Part shown: piece after piece, positions 1 to 7,597 of the stretch | Position numbering within the stretch: position 1 is the stretch's first letter | Layout: the number at the start of each line of letters is the position of its first letter | NCBI GenBank assembly: GCA_035913795.1 | Contig: JAMIIA010000174.1 | Span: 50,325-114,324 of the forward strand | Length of the DNA: 64,000 nucleotides | Reading direction: 5' to 3' | Origin: Bacteroidales bacterium | GTDB lineage: Bacteria; Bacteroidota; Bacteroidia; Bacteroidales; UBA10428 | Program-made: the position numbers and the translations under genes | Notes under the pieces: generated by a model | Database searches by the model: none | What the model saw: only the letters and a program-made list of their open reading frames with translations | Told to the model about the DNA's origin: nothing

Positions 1-432
1 GGGAATATTTGCACATTGCTTCGCCCGGGTAAAATTACAATCGATGAAATAAAAAATGCCTTACCCGGCTTATTTGTTTTCGATACGCATAAATCGGAAA
101 AATTAATTGCCCCCGGATTATTAAAAAGCCACTATTCGCCCAATAAACCCTTGTATTTATATTCAAACCAGTCCACACAGCTACCCGTTAATTCGGGTCT
201 GATTTTACATAGCCTGAAAAACGAAATCCCTCAAAGTGAAAGAGTAATTTTTACTTCCAAAAACAATAACCTCCTCGAAATTGCAGCCAATCTTTTCTCC
301 TCGCTTCATGCCATGGAAGACGATGAGCAGGTAAAGCAAATTTTTATTGAACCTGTTTTGGAAGAAGGCTTGGGAATAGCCATAATGGATAGAATAAAGA
401 AAGCGGTGTATAAATACGAATCAAGAAAATAG
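1..432 (+). CDS. sua5: Threonylcarbamoyl-AMP synthase Sua5/TsaC, C-terminal SUA5 domain (5'-partial)
   Basis: Frame is open from base 1. APGLLKSHYSP and LFSSLH...EEGLGIAIMDRIKKA match the SUA5 C-terminal domain. Confidence 0.85.
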   Translation, partial: GNICTLLRPGKITIDEIKNALPGLFVFDTHKSEKLIAPGLLKSHYSPNKPLYLYSNQSTQLPVNSGLILHSLKNEIPQSERVIFTSKNNNLLEIAANLFSSLHAMEDDEQVKQIFIEPVLEEGLGIAIMDRIKKAVYKYESRK

Positions 433-820
433 TTTTTTTTTGATTCAGCCAAAGAGAACTAAAACCCCTGGGTCCAGGGTACAAACTAATTCGGTTGATT
501 ATCTTGACTCTAGCTTGAAATAGTTGTAAATTTAACGTGTGTTAATTACTGAATCTGCAGCATTCTAATGCTTTGCACCAAACAGTTTTGGTTGACGAAA
601 ACTGATGTGTACGATAGTTAAAAATGCTTCCTGGTCAATGTTCACCGGAAGAAATCCGGATAGGCTTTTCCGCTGCCAAAAAGTGCCTGTAATTGGTCGA
701 TACAACCTCATTTCCTTCGAGGGCAGGATTTAGGCATCTTACACCCTTTAGGCCAATACCTTCCCTTAAGAATAATAGTTTGGCAAACGCCTGATATCCG
801 ACTTTAATGCCTACTCCAAT

Positions 821-2065
821 ATGAAAACCTTGCAGCTTGTTTTTACAGCCCTTTCGTTTTTTTTGTGGAATATAAGCATCACTGCACAGCCGGTTTGGCA
901 TCTGCAGGATTGTCCGATTGACGAGGAACTTATTTCGGTTTCCTTTATCGATACCCTGAATGGCTGGGTTATCAGCGAAAACGGAGTAGTGCTTCGCACC
1001 CATGATGGCGGTAAGAATTGGGAAATTCAGAACGAATTAACTAATCTTTTCGCCACTAAAATTTTCTTCATCAATGAGAACATTGGCTGGATTTCCGGTT
1101 ACCGTTCAGACAGGGAATACGGTAGGCTTTTATACACCAACGATTCTGGCGAAAACTGGACAAGCCGCGTCGACAGCAATAGAATTCTTTACAACGATGT
1201 ATTTTTTGCCAACGAAAATATTGGTTGGGCAGCAGGCTATCACAATTTGGACGATACCATCAATTATATTATGGTAACCGAAGATGGCGGAAACCACTGG
1301 AAGCGGCAAATGGAAGATCACTTTCTGAGCGGAGCCATGCTCAATATCAGTTTCCGCGATTCGCTGGATGGAAATATCTGTGGAACGGGTGGTTTTTTTC
1401 TTCTTACTTCTGACATGGGCGAACACTGGTGGATGAGCATTTTTCCCTGGGGAATTGACCTTAAGGATGTGTACAATGCAGGAGATCGGTATGGTTGCAT
1501 GGTAGGTTCTGGCGGTCTGGTTTATTTTACAAAAGATAAGTGGGCAAATTCAACAGATTATGAGCTACCCTTTGATGATACCCTAAGAGCAATTTCAGGC
1601 CTTGAGAATTTAAAATTCTGGGCAGTTGGCGATAATGGATCCATTGTTTACATGGCTTATTCGCCTATTTTGTATATGCTTATTACGAGCGACCAAAGTG
1701 TCGATACCCTTGGGCGCCTGAACGATGTGGTTGCTATAGATGATAACCATGTTTGGGCAGTGGGGGAGACGGGCACTATTTTGCATTTTGGAATTAAAAG
1801 CACTGGTGAACCCATAGGTTTGAAAGATTTGCCAGAATTGGCTTATGCTGTTTTTCCTAACCCAACCGAAAATTGGTTGTTTATTGAAGGCAATTTCTTC
1901 GGCTTTGGCGAGGCTGCATTTTTTAATATGGAAGGAAAACTAGTATATAAGGTTAAGCTTTCTATTCCGGGCTCTTTAGACATAAGCCAGCTTAAAAGTG
2001 GCATGTATATAATGGAATTGCGAAATGACCAGAATAATTTTTATGATTTAATAATTAAGAAATAG
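821..2065 (+). CDS. YCF48/BNR-repeat beta-propeller protein with T9SS C-terminal domain
   Basis: Signal peptide; repeats of F.....GW...T.DGG..W; C-terminal VFPNP...LKSGMYIMEL. Confidence 0.85.
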   Translation: MKTLQLVFTALSFFLWNISITAQPVWHLQDCPIDEELISVSFIDTLNGWVISENGVVLRTHDGGKNWEIQNELTNLFATKIFFINENIGWISGYRSDREYGRLLYTNDSGENWTSRVDSNRILYNDVFFANENIGWAAGYHNLDDTINYIMVTEDGGNHWKRQMEDHFLSGAMLNISFRDSLDGNICGTGGFFLLTSDMGEHWWMSIFPWGIDLKDVYNAGDRYGCMVGSGGLVYFTKDKWANSTDYELPFDDTLRAISGLENLKFWAVGDNGSIVYMAYSPILYMLITSDQSVDTLGRLNDVVAIDDNHVWAVGETGTILHFGIKSTGEPIGLKDLPELAYAVFPNPTENWLFIEGNFFGFGEAAFFNMEGKLVYKVKLSIPGSLDISQLKSGMYIMELRNDQNNFYDLIIKK

Positions 2066-2165
2066 GGCACTGAGATTTTGCAGGCTGGTTGATGTAATTG
2101 AGCTGGAATAGCTGTTATTTTTTTCCTTGCTTGTGTTTGCATGTTTTGGATGAACATTCGGAAGA

Positions 2166-2468
2166 TCAAATCGAAATGGTGATATTGACGAATTTGTCGA
2201 TATCAAGGTCTTCTTCTCGCCTTATCTCAGCTTTGAGGGGCAATAGATAAGTATTCATTTTCGTGTCAAACCAAAGGTTTGTTTCCCACTCGTTTGTATT
2301 AATTTTTGCACTTGTTTTTAAACGTCCCCAACCTTCTTCTTGCCATTTTAGATTTTCTCTAATCTCTTTTGAAATTTCTGGCGGAAGCGAAACAAAATAC
2401 CAACCTCCTTTTGGGGACGAATATCTCCAAATGGTGGCAGTGAATTGATATTCTATTTTACCCTTCAT
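2166..2468 (-). CDS. DUF1905-family protein
   Basis: FTATIW..GGWYFVSLP, GWGRLKTSAKIN..WETNLW, YLLPLKAEIR. Start set at MKGKIEY; the ORF track extends to 2519. Confidence 0.75.
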   Translation of the reverse strand: MKGKIEYQFTATIWRYSSPKGGWYFVSLPPEISKEIRENLKWQEEGWGRLKTSAKINTNEWETNLWFDTKMNTYLLPLKAEIRREEDLDIDKFVNITISI

Positions 2469-2682
2469 AATCGGAACCGTTTTGTTTTTTTCGATGGCAA
2501 CCAAAGGTTTTTTGTGCAATACTTGCGGTGCTAGTGCGCAGTACTATGCCATAAATATACTCCAATTTTTAGCGCTGAAAAAGTCGGGCAAGAAAATGCC
2601 CTGTTAATGATGGATTGTTTCGCATGCAATCGCTCGAACAACCGTGAATAAAGGAAAGTAAGCTGGCATAAACTCCAATGGT

Positions 2683-2700
2683 TTATACACCGTGTTGGGT
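2683..2700 (-). repeat. attC-like half-site (R''/L'' arm) downstream of the zf-TFIIB gene
   Basis: Minus strand reads ACCCAAC-acggt-GTATAA, the same AAC-5 nt-GTATAA layout as the site at 5120-5251. No well-matching partner arm is adjacent. Confidence 0.45.
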
Positions 2701-2778
2701 TTTTTGCTTAATTTCTGGCTCGGGTAGTTTAAAAGCTTCTATTCTTTAACTTAAGAAGATGTAACCCATGCCTTTGTA

Positions 2779-3024
2779 TTAAAAATCAAACAACTCCCCC
2801 AATAATCCTTTTTTCTTTTTGTAACGATAGTCATTATCTTTTGGATATTGCTGTTTATTCGCATAACTATCATGTGGCATATTCGTATTTTGTGAAGAAC
2901 GTTCAATAATTTTATCAAGTTCTCCGCGGTCGAGCCATACACCACGACAATCAGGGCAGTAGTCAATTTCTATTCCACTACGGTCCGTCATTACCAGGTT
3001 AACATTACAATTTGGACATTTCAT
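2779..3024 (-). CDS. zf-TFIIB-type zinc-ribbon protein
   Basis: MKCPNC...IEIDYCPDCRGVWLDRGELDKII with C-terminal KKKKGLLGELFDF. Confidence 0.85.
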   Translation of the reverse strand: MKCPNCNVNLVMTDRSGIEIDYCPDCRGVWLDRGELDKIIERSSQNTNMPHDSYANKQQYPKDNDYRYKKKKGLLGELFDF

Positions 3025-3112
3025 TGTTTTAATCCTTTCTTAATTAGTAATCTTTTTTAGGTCTCCAAAAATAGTGTTTGATTAGCATTTTTTTAGGCTT
3101 TCATAAAACTTT

Positions 3113-3235
3113 CCCACGGTATGATGTCATGCGGGGGATTGTGAAGTGATCACCTATCAGTTTACAAGATTTTTTTTTCGATATGTAAGGTCAGCAAACC
3201 GCTGAGTCCCTTTTGCTCGCTAGTATGAGTTAGCC
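3113..3235 (-). repeat. Degenerate or chimeric attC-like site downstream of hipT
   Basis: Minus strand has GGCTAAC 28 bp after the hipT stop. The plus-strand left arm ggtatgatgtcatgcgggggatt resembles ggtatgaggtcatggcggatt of the 5120 site. The two arms do not pair well and the terminal GTT is missing. Confidence 0.5.
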
Positions 3236-3262
3236 GCTGGCTTGTTTTTATGTAACTATTAT

Positions 3263-4198
3263 TTATTTTGGATTTAGTAATTCAATTCTCTTTGAGACTA
3301 GTTTTTTTAACAAGTCCCTTTGTTCAAAGGTTAAAAAAGAGTTATCAATCCACCAGTGAATTTTACCTGAATTGTCGGCAAAAGATTTGTAGCAGTGGTA
3401 TATTTGTTTCTCATTCAATAGCAAATTCGAACCTAAATTATCAAAGTCTTTTTTGGAAAGTTCATTTTTCTTTCCATTTAAATTCAAACTCATTTGCTCG
3501 GGTTCGTTCTTTATTGCAAGATAAGTGCTAACCAGGTCGTAAGCAGGACTAAGACTAAATGTACCGTCTTCTCTTTCAAGCATTGAAAAATTTTTCAAGT
3601 GCATATCTGCATTCCCTGTAATGAAACTAAACAGAACAAGTTGATAATACCGTAACATATCCAGACCTGGTTGAGTTGAAAATTGCCTTATAGTTTTGCC
3701 CGCTTTCTCATAACTTCCTCTGTATTTGTGCTCTGTGAGGCTTTCAGAGAGTTGACACAAATCTTCACTTGCTATTTTAGTTGTTTTGTTCCTGTCAAAC
3801 CGCCTTGTAATGTATGCAAGCCTTCCGCTTTTCATTCTTACCAAACCATGTGTCGCTACTTCTATTCCCAATTCTGCTGCAAGGTGCATACATAAGTCCT
3901 CATTTTCTGGCAATGAAATGTATGTTTCACTTTGTGGTTTGATAATGTAGTTGCTTTTATCATCCACAATGGTAAAGCGCATATTTTTCTTGCTTTCTTC
4001 TAACCACAAACTTAGCTTAGGTTGTACTCCGGTTATTGCATTGTTTGCTCCAACAATTCTTTTCGCGTAATCACTTAATTTTTTTTCATCTATATCAAGC
4101 TCTGGCATCTGTTTCAATCCAAAAATATTAGTGATACACCTAATGTGATAATCAACTTCATCTAATGTCAGGGGCTTATAGCAAAGTAAGCAGTTCAT
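3263..4198 (-). CDS. hipT: HipA-family kinase toxin lacking the N-terminal subdomain (HipT-like)
   Basis: Gly-rich loop AITGVQPKLS, YIIKP, ENE, RRFDR, GNADMHLKNFS and LSPAYDL. Third gene of a HTH/HipA-N/kinase trio. Confidence 0.85.
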   Translation of the reverse strand: MNCLLCYKPLTLDEVDYHIRCITNIFGLKQMPELDIDEKKLSDYAKRIVGANNAITGVQPKLSLWLEESKKNMRFTIVDDKSNYIIKPQSETYISLPENEDLCMHLAAELGIEVATHGLVRMKSGRLAYITRRFDRNKTTKIASEDLCQLSESLTEHKYRGSYEKAGKTIRQFSTQPGLDMLRYYQLVLFSFITGNADMHLKNFSMLEREDGTFSLSPAYDLVSTYLAIKNEPEQMSLNLNGKKNELSKKDFDNLGSNLLLNEKQIYHCYKSFADNSGKIHWWIDNSFLTFEQRDLLKKLVSKRIELLNPK

Positions 4199-4202
4199 GT
4201 AT

Positions 4203-4517
4203 TTAGCTTTTTAATATTGATATATCGCCAATACAATCTTTACAAAGTGTCAGCAGTAAACTCATCCTGTCTCTTGGGTTAAGTTTCCAATTATTGATGG
4301 CTATCTGTAATAACCATCCCTCTGGTATCAATCCGTCAAAAAAAGGCAGCATATTTTTGTCTGTAAAAACTTCAGAACGTAACGGTAAAGTCCTACTTAC
4401 TTCTCCATAAAGTGGATTTAGCAGGTAGTCATTATCATATTGAAAAAAATATCCATTTTCATCTTCCCATACTAGTCCTGCCATTTTATCTTTTTTATAA
4501 ACCAATCCTTTTTTCAT
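4203..4517 (-). CDS. hipS: Stand-alone HipA N-terminal domain protein (HipS-like antitoxin)
   Basis: YFFQYD..Y, VSRTLPL and LPFFDGLIPEGWL, which contains the conserved Trp. Confidence 0.85.
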   Translation of the reverse strand: MKKGLVYKKDKMAGLVWEDENGYFFQYDNDYLLNPLYGEVSRTLPLRSEVFTDKNMLPFFDGLIPEGWLLQIAINNWKLNPRDRMSLLLTLCKDCIGDISILKS

Positions 4518-4530
4518 ATAGAAACGTGTT

Positions 4531-4962
4531 TCACTGGTTTTCTATTGATATGATATCTGCATGATTTATTGTTTCCGTTAACCTTTCATCAGGCTTTTGC
4601 TGATATTGTATTGCATTATTGTTCGGAACAAATTTCCATGCAAAAATTTTATTTTCTTTTTTATCAATAATCTCTTTTATAATTATTCCATATCTAGTTA
4701 GCTTGTTGGCAAGAGTAATTTTCACACCTTTATTGAAATAATTCCAGAAAATGTCATAGGCATCAATCCGTTGTTTGTTTGGGGTTAATTGAAATCCAAA
4801 CAAGCGAAGCACTTGTTCTACTTTGTTTAATTGTAGTGTTTCTTTACCTTGCTCCAAGTCACGGATAAAGCGAACGCCAACTCCTGCTTTTAAAGCAAGT
4901 TCTTCTTGGGTAATGCCAAGCTTTTTTCTCTGAAACTTGATAAATGCTGATAAATTATTCAT
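4531..4962 (-). CDS. hipB: HipB/y4mF-type HTH regulator with an extra ~75-aa C-terminal domain
   Basis: RKKLGITQEELALKAGVGVRFIRDLEQGKETLQLNKVEQVL is a Cro/XRE HTH. First gene of the trio. Confidence 0.8.
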   Translation of the reverse strand: MNNLSAFIKFQRKKLGITQEELALKAGVGVRFIRDLEQGKETLQLNKVEQVLRLFGFQLTPNKQRIDAYDIFWNYFNKGVKITLANKLTRYGIIIKEIIDKKENKIFAWKFVPNNNAIQYQQKPDERLTETINHADIISIENQ

Positions 4963-4966
4963 TTTT

Positions 4967-5064
4967 TATACCTTAACGGGTACAAATATAAACATAAATA
5001 ATAAAATAAATCCGTTCGGGTATAAAGTGTTTTAATTTCACTAGTTTCGAACCTTACGGGTATA
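4967..5064 (-). promoter_or_regulatory. hipBST promoter with three 18-bp operator palindromes (consensus TATACCCG-NN-CGGGTATA)
   Basis: TATACCTTAACGGGTACA (4967), TAAATCCGTTCGGGTATA (5007), TCGAACCTTACGGGTATA (5047). Minus-strand -7 box TATATTTG at 4990-4983. Confidence 0.7.
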
Positions 5065-5119
5065 CTTTAAATAAGTATATTTAACACTCATTAGTTTCAA
5101 GTTACCGCAATCTAATTAG

Positions 5120-5251
5120 GCCTAACGGCAAGGCGGTATGAGGTCATGGCGGATTACAGGGCGAATACTTATAAGATTACACCAACTTTAAATGCGAGTA
5201 TCAACCTTTGCACCCTGAAACGCTCGACATGCCTTATACCGATTGTTAGCG
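5120..5251 (-). repeat. attC-like site (132 bp) downstream of the HEPN gene
   Basis: Minus strand: CGCTAAC aatcg GTATAAggcatg ... catgaccTCATAC cgccttgcc GTTAGGC. Imperfect dyad that begins 6 bp after the stop codon and ends in a perfect GTTRRRY. Confidence 0.7.
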
Positions 5252-5257
5252 GCTGAT

Positions 5258-5653
5258 TTAGTTTTTAGAATTAATCATTTTGATTAAAAGTGAATTGAAT
5301 TTCTCAACATTTTCTATCAGAGGGACAACATCATCTTCACTAAAATCAACGTAAACGGAATAATCACTTTCTTGTCTCCAGTCTATCAAACGAGAATATA
5401 ATTTACCATACTCGATATCAATCACATTTGTCTTAACGTATTGTTGAAGAAACTTAGTTTTTAATCCATCATGAGATTTTGCTGTAATACCGTCTTGAAA
5501 AAGAAGAGCATTTATCAGATGAAAACAAGAATAGTATAGTCTATTAACACATGACCGCCATCTCTTATTGTCGGCAAGTAACTGTGCATCTTGAAAAATC
5601 TCCTCAGATCTATCAAGTCGGTACTGAATATAATCCTCTTGCGAACCTATCAT
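5258..5653 (-). CDS. HEPN-domain protein (UPF0332/COG1895-like)
   Basis: A..L......RSCVNRLYYSCFH, KSHDG and WRQESDY. Overlaps the upstream MNT gene by 4 bp. Confidence 0.8.
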   Translation of the reverse strand: MIGSQEDYIQYRLDRSEEIFQDAQLLADNKRWRSCVNRLYYSCFHLINALLFQDGITAKSHDGLKTKFLQQYVKTNVIDIEYGKLYSRLIDWRQESDYSVYVDFSEDDVVPLIENVEKFNSLLIKMINSKN

Positions 5654-5973
5654 GATATCTTAACTCCTTCACGTTTAATATTCTGATATAGCGGAGTATA
5701 AATAAATCTTGATTCCCAATCATCCTTTGAGTAAACTAAAGTAGAAATTGGCTCACCAAGCTCCAACTCTAATTGAAACATCTCGTTCCGATATCTCTCT
5801 TCGACAGATCTATCATATTTTGGCCTATCTATCAGAATTAGCACATCCCAATCAGACTCATCTTTAGCTTGTCCAATTGCATGGGAGCCAAAAATAATCA
5901 CCTCAGCTTTAGGATCTTGATGCTTTATCCTCAAGCCTATCATCTTTGCAATATTTAATTCTCTCGCAGTCAT
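5650..5973 (-). CDS. Minimal nucleotidyltransferase (MNT) antitoxin
   Basis: GS-x10-DWD (FGSHAIGQAKDESDWD) and IKREGV at the C-terminus. Paired with the HEPN gene. Confidence 0.85.
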   Translation of the reverse strand: MTARELNIAKMIGLRIKHQDPKAEVIIFGSHAIGQAKDESDWDVLILIDRPKYDRSVEERYRNEMFQLELELGEPISTLVYSKDDWESRFIYTPLYQNIKREGVKIS

Positions 5974-6023
5974 TGTGTAAATATAATCTTATTATAAATA
6001 GTTCGCAATCCTGCCCCATTTGT

Positions 6024-6153
6024 TGCCAACGCCCCGCAGCTATGCCCTGTGCGGAATTAAAACCGGAATCTGTCCCGCCACCTGCTGATTTTATTAATGC
6101 AGGAAGCTGTTCTAATCCCACGGAAACCGCATTGGGTGTAGGTGCTGTTGTGC
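6024..6153 (-). repeat. attC-like site (130 bp) upstream of the MNT-HEPN cassette
   Basis: Minus strand: GCACAAC agcac CTACACccaatgcgg ... ccgcacaggGCATAG ctgcggggc GTTGGCA, an imperfect dyad. Confidence 0.65.
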
Positions 6154-6264
6154 TCCGTTTTTTTTCATTCAAGCGTCAAAATTCTTTATTAAATCCTGTC
6201 ACAAAAAGAAATCTACTAACTGGATTAGCTAGTAGATTTCAAATTTTTTTGATGTTTTTTCTTA

Positions 6265-6756
6265 CTAAAAATCTCTTGAAGCACAATTCAATGAAGAAGA
6301 ACGGAATTCAATTTTTTTAATATTCAATTTGTCTTTCAACAATTCATAGAATACTGTGCAAAACCATTCGCATGTTGAAGGGCCTGTACTTACTGCTACC
6401 CTACTTTCTGGAAAAGATTTAACCAATTCGTGGTTAAGAGCCTTGGCAGGTGCTCCATATCTATTAGTTGTACCTTTCATTCCTGTTTTCTCATATCCTT
6501 GCAACACTAAATCAAGTAAAGGGTCGCCTTCTTGAAAAATCGTTCCATGATGAAAATTGTCTGCAACTGCCCAAGCTAATTTTTGAGCTTCTTTTACAGG
6601 ATAAGCATAATTGCTTTTATCTAAATCTCCTTCGATTTCGATAGTTAAATATCCTGAGTGTCCGTGAAGATAACTTGCTTCTCCTGCATAATTCATAAAT
6701 CTGTGTGCATATTGGAAATCTAATTTCACAATAGACCTGTACTTGCCGTTTGACAT
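6265..6756 (-). CDS. QueD/6-pyruvoyl-tetrahydropterin-synthase-like T-fold protein with atypical active site
   Basis: FQYAHRF and YLHGHS give the three Zn-binding His; STCE aligns with PTSE. No Cys precedes HGH. Confidence 0.7.
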   Translation of the reverse strand: MSNGKYRSIVKLDFQYAHRFMNYAGEASYLHGHSGYLTIEIEGDLDKSNYAYPVKEAQKLAWAVADNFHHGTIFQEGDPLLDLVLQGYEKTGMKGTTNRYGAPAKALNHELVKSFPESRVAVSTGPSTCEWFCTVFYELLKDKLNIKKIEFRSSSLNCASRDF

Positions 6757-6789
6757 AATATAAACCTCCTATTTTTTAAAAGTGAATAA

Positions 6790-7215
6790 TTAGCATTTAT
6801 TAAAAGTGCCTCTAATTTGAAGAACTATATCTTCAATCTTAAATCCTTCTATATTTTTGTTTTTAAAATGATTATGTAATAATTCATCTAATTCTTCGTC
6901 CTTGTAATCCTCAATTAAATCGCATTCAGAGCAATACAAATGATGGTGATTTTCAATTATACCATCGTATCTCATAACATCTTTATCCGTAGTAACCTTT
7001 TTAATTAGTCCGTTTTCAACAAGTGTATCCAAAACTTTATATACTGTCCCCGTAGCAATATTTGGATGTGACTCTCTGATATACTCAATAATATTATCGG
7101 CAGTCGGATGATTGTTTAATTTATAAATAGCTTCAAGTATAACAACTCGCTGAGGGGTTATCTTTAATCCCTTTTCCGAAAATTTATTCCTTATATTCTC
7201 TATTAAAAACTTCAT
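6790..7215 (-). CDS. Fur-family transcriptional regulator (Fur/PerR-like)
   Basis: GLKITPQR, HPTAD, ATGTVYKVL, RYD and HHHLYCSEC. Confidence 0.9.
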   Translation of the reverse strand: MKFLIENIRNKFSEKGLKITPQRVVILEAIYKLNNHPTADNIIEYIRESHPNIATGTVYKVLDTLVENGLIKKVTTDKDVMRYDGIIENHHHLYCSECDLIEDYKDEELDELLHNHFKNKNIEGFKIEDIVLQIRGTFNKC

Positions 7216-7230
7216 TGAATATTTCCTTAT

Positions 7231-7261
7231 TGAGAATTATTCTCTCATGAGAGCAAATGTA
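7231..7261 (-). promoter_or_regulatory. Fur-box-like 7-1-7 repeat and -7 promoter box of the fur/queD-like operon
   Basis: TGAGAAT-T-ATTCTCT at 7231-7245; minus-strand TACATTTG at 7261-7254. Confidence 0.55.
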
Positions 7262-7597
7262 ATCTAAGTTTTTATATAATCCAATTTTTTATTGAAAATT
7301 TTGCTTTTTGATTTCGCTTCTATCAGGAACGCTGTCTTTTTTTAAAATGGAGCACAACTCAATAATATCAGCAACTTAAAAAAATAAACTACATTAGAAA
7401 ATGTGTTCCTACTATTATGCGGTTTCAGAGGAAGAATGCATTTTTTCCTAAATAAGAGGGATGCTTCAAAGGGTAGCATTTCAGAATGAGATGGGTAGTT
7501 TTTAGCACTGAATTTCGTTTAAATTAAAGAAAGAGAAACAGTGTTTCTATAAGTTATCCCACGCGAAAAGTAAAAATCGATCGTGAAAGATTTTGCA

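Noticed and set aside
433-820. Long intergenic region and ORF 635-1003(-); possible ncRNA
   Set aside because: Only short ORFs and a weak hairpin; no riboswitch or ncRNA consensus that I can recognise. The ORF is antisense to a real gene.
4198-4203. hipA split into two ORFs by a nonsense or frameshift mutation (pseudogene)
   Set aside because: Both ORFs have clean starts and intact motifs. A separate HipA-N gene plus kinase is the established hipBST arrangement.
5909-6320. ORFs 5909-6172(-) and 5946-6320(+)
   Set aside because: They run across the attC-like repeat and the MNT start and have no recognisable motifs; likely artefacts of the GC-richer repeat.
7349-7358. GGAGCACAAC, matching the R'' end of the 6153 site in the opposite orientation
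   Set aside because: No partner arm or dyad follows; a 10-bp match is plausibly chance.
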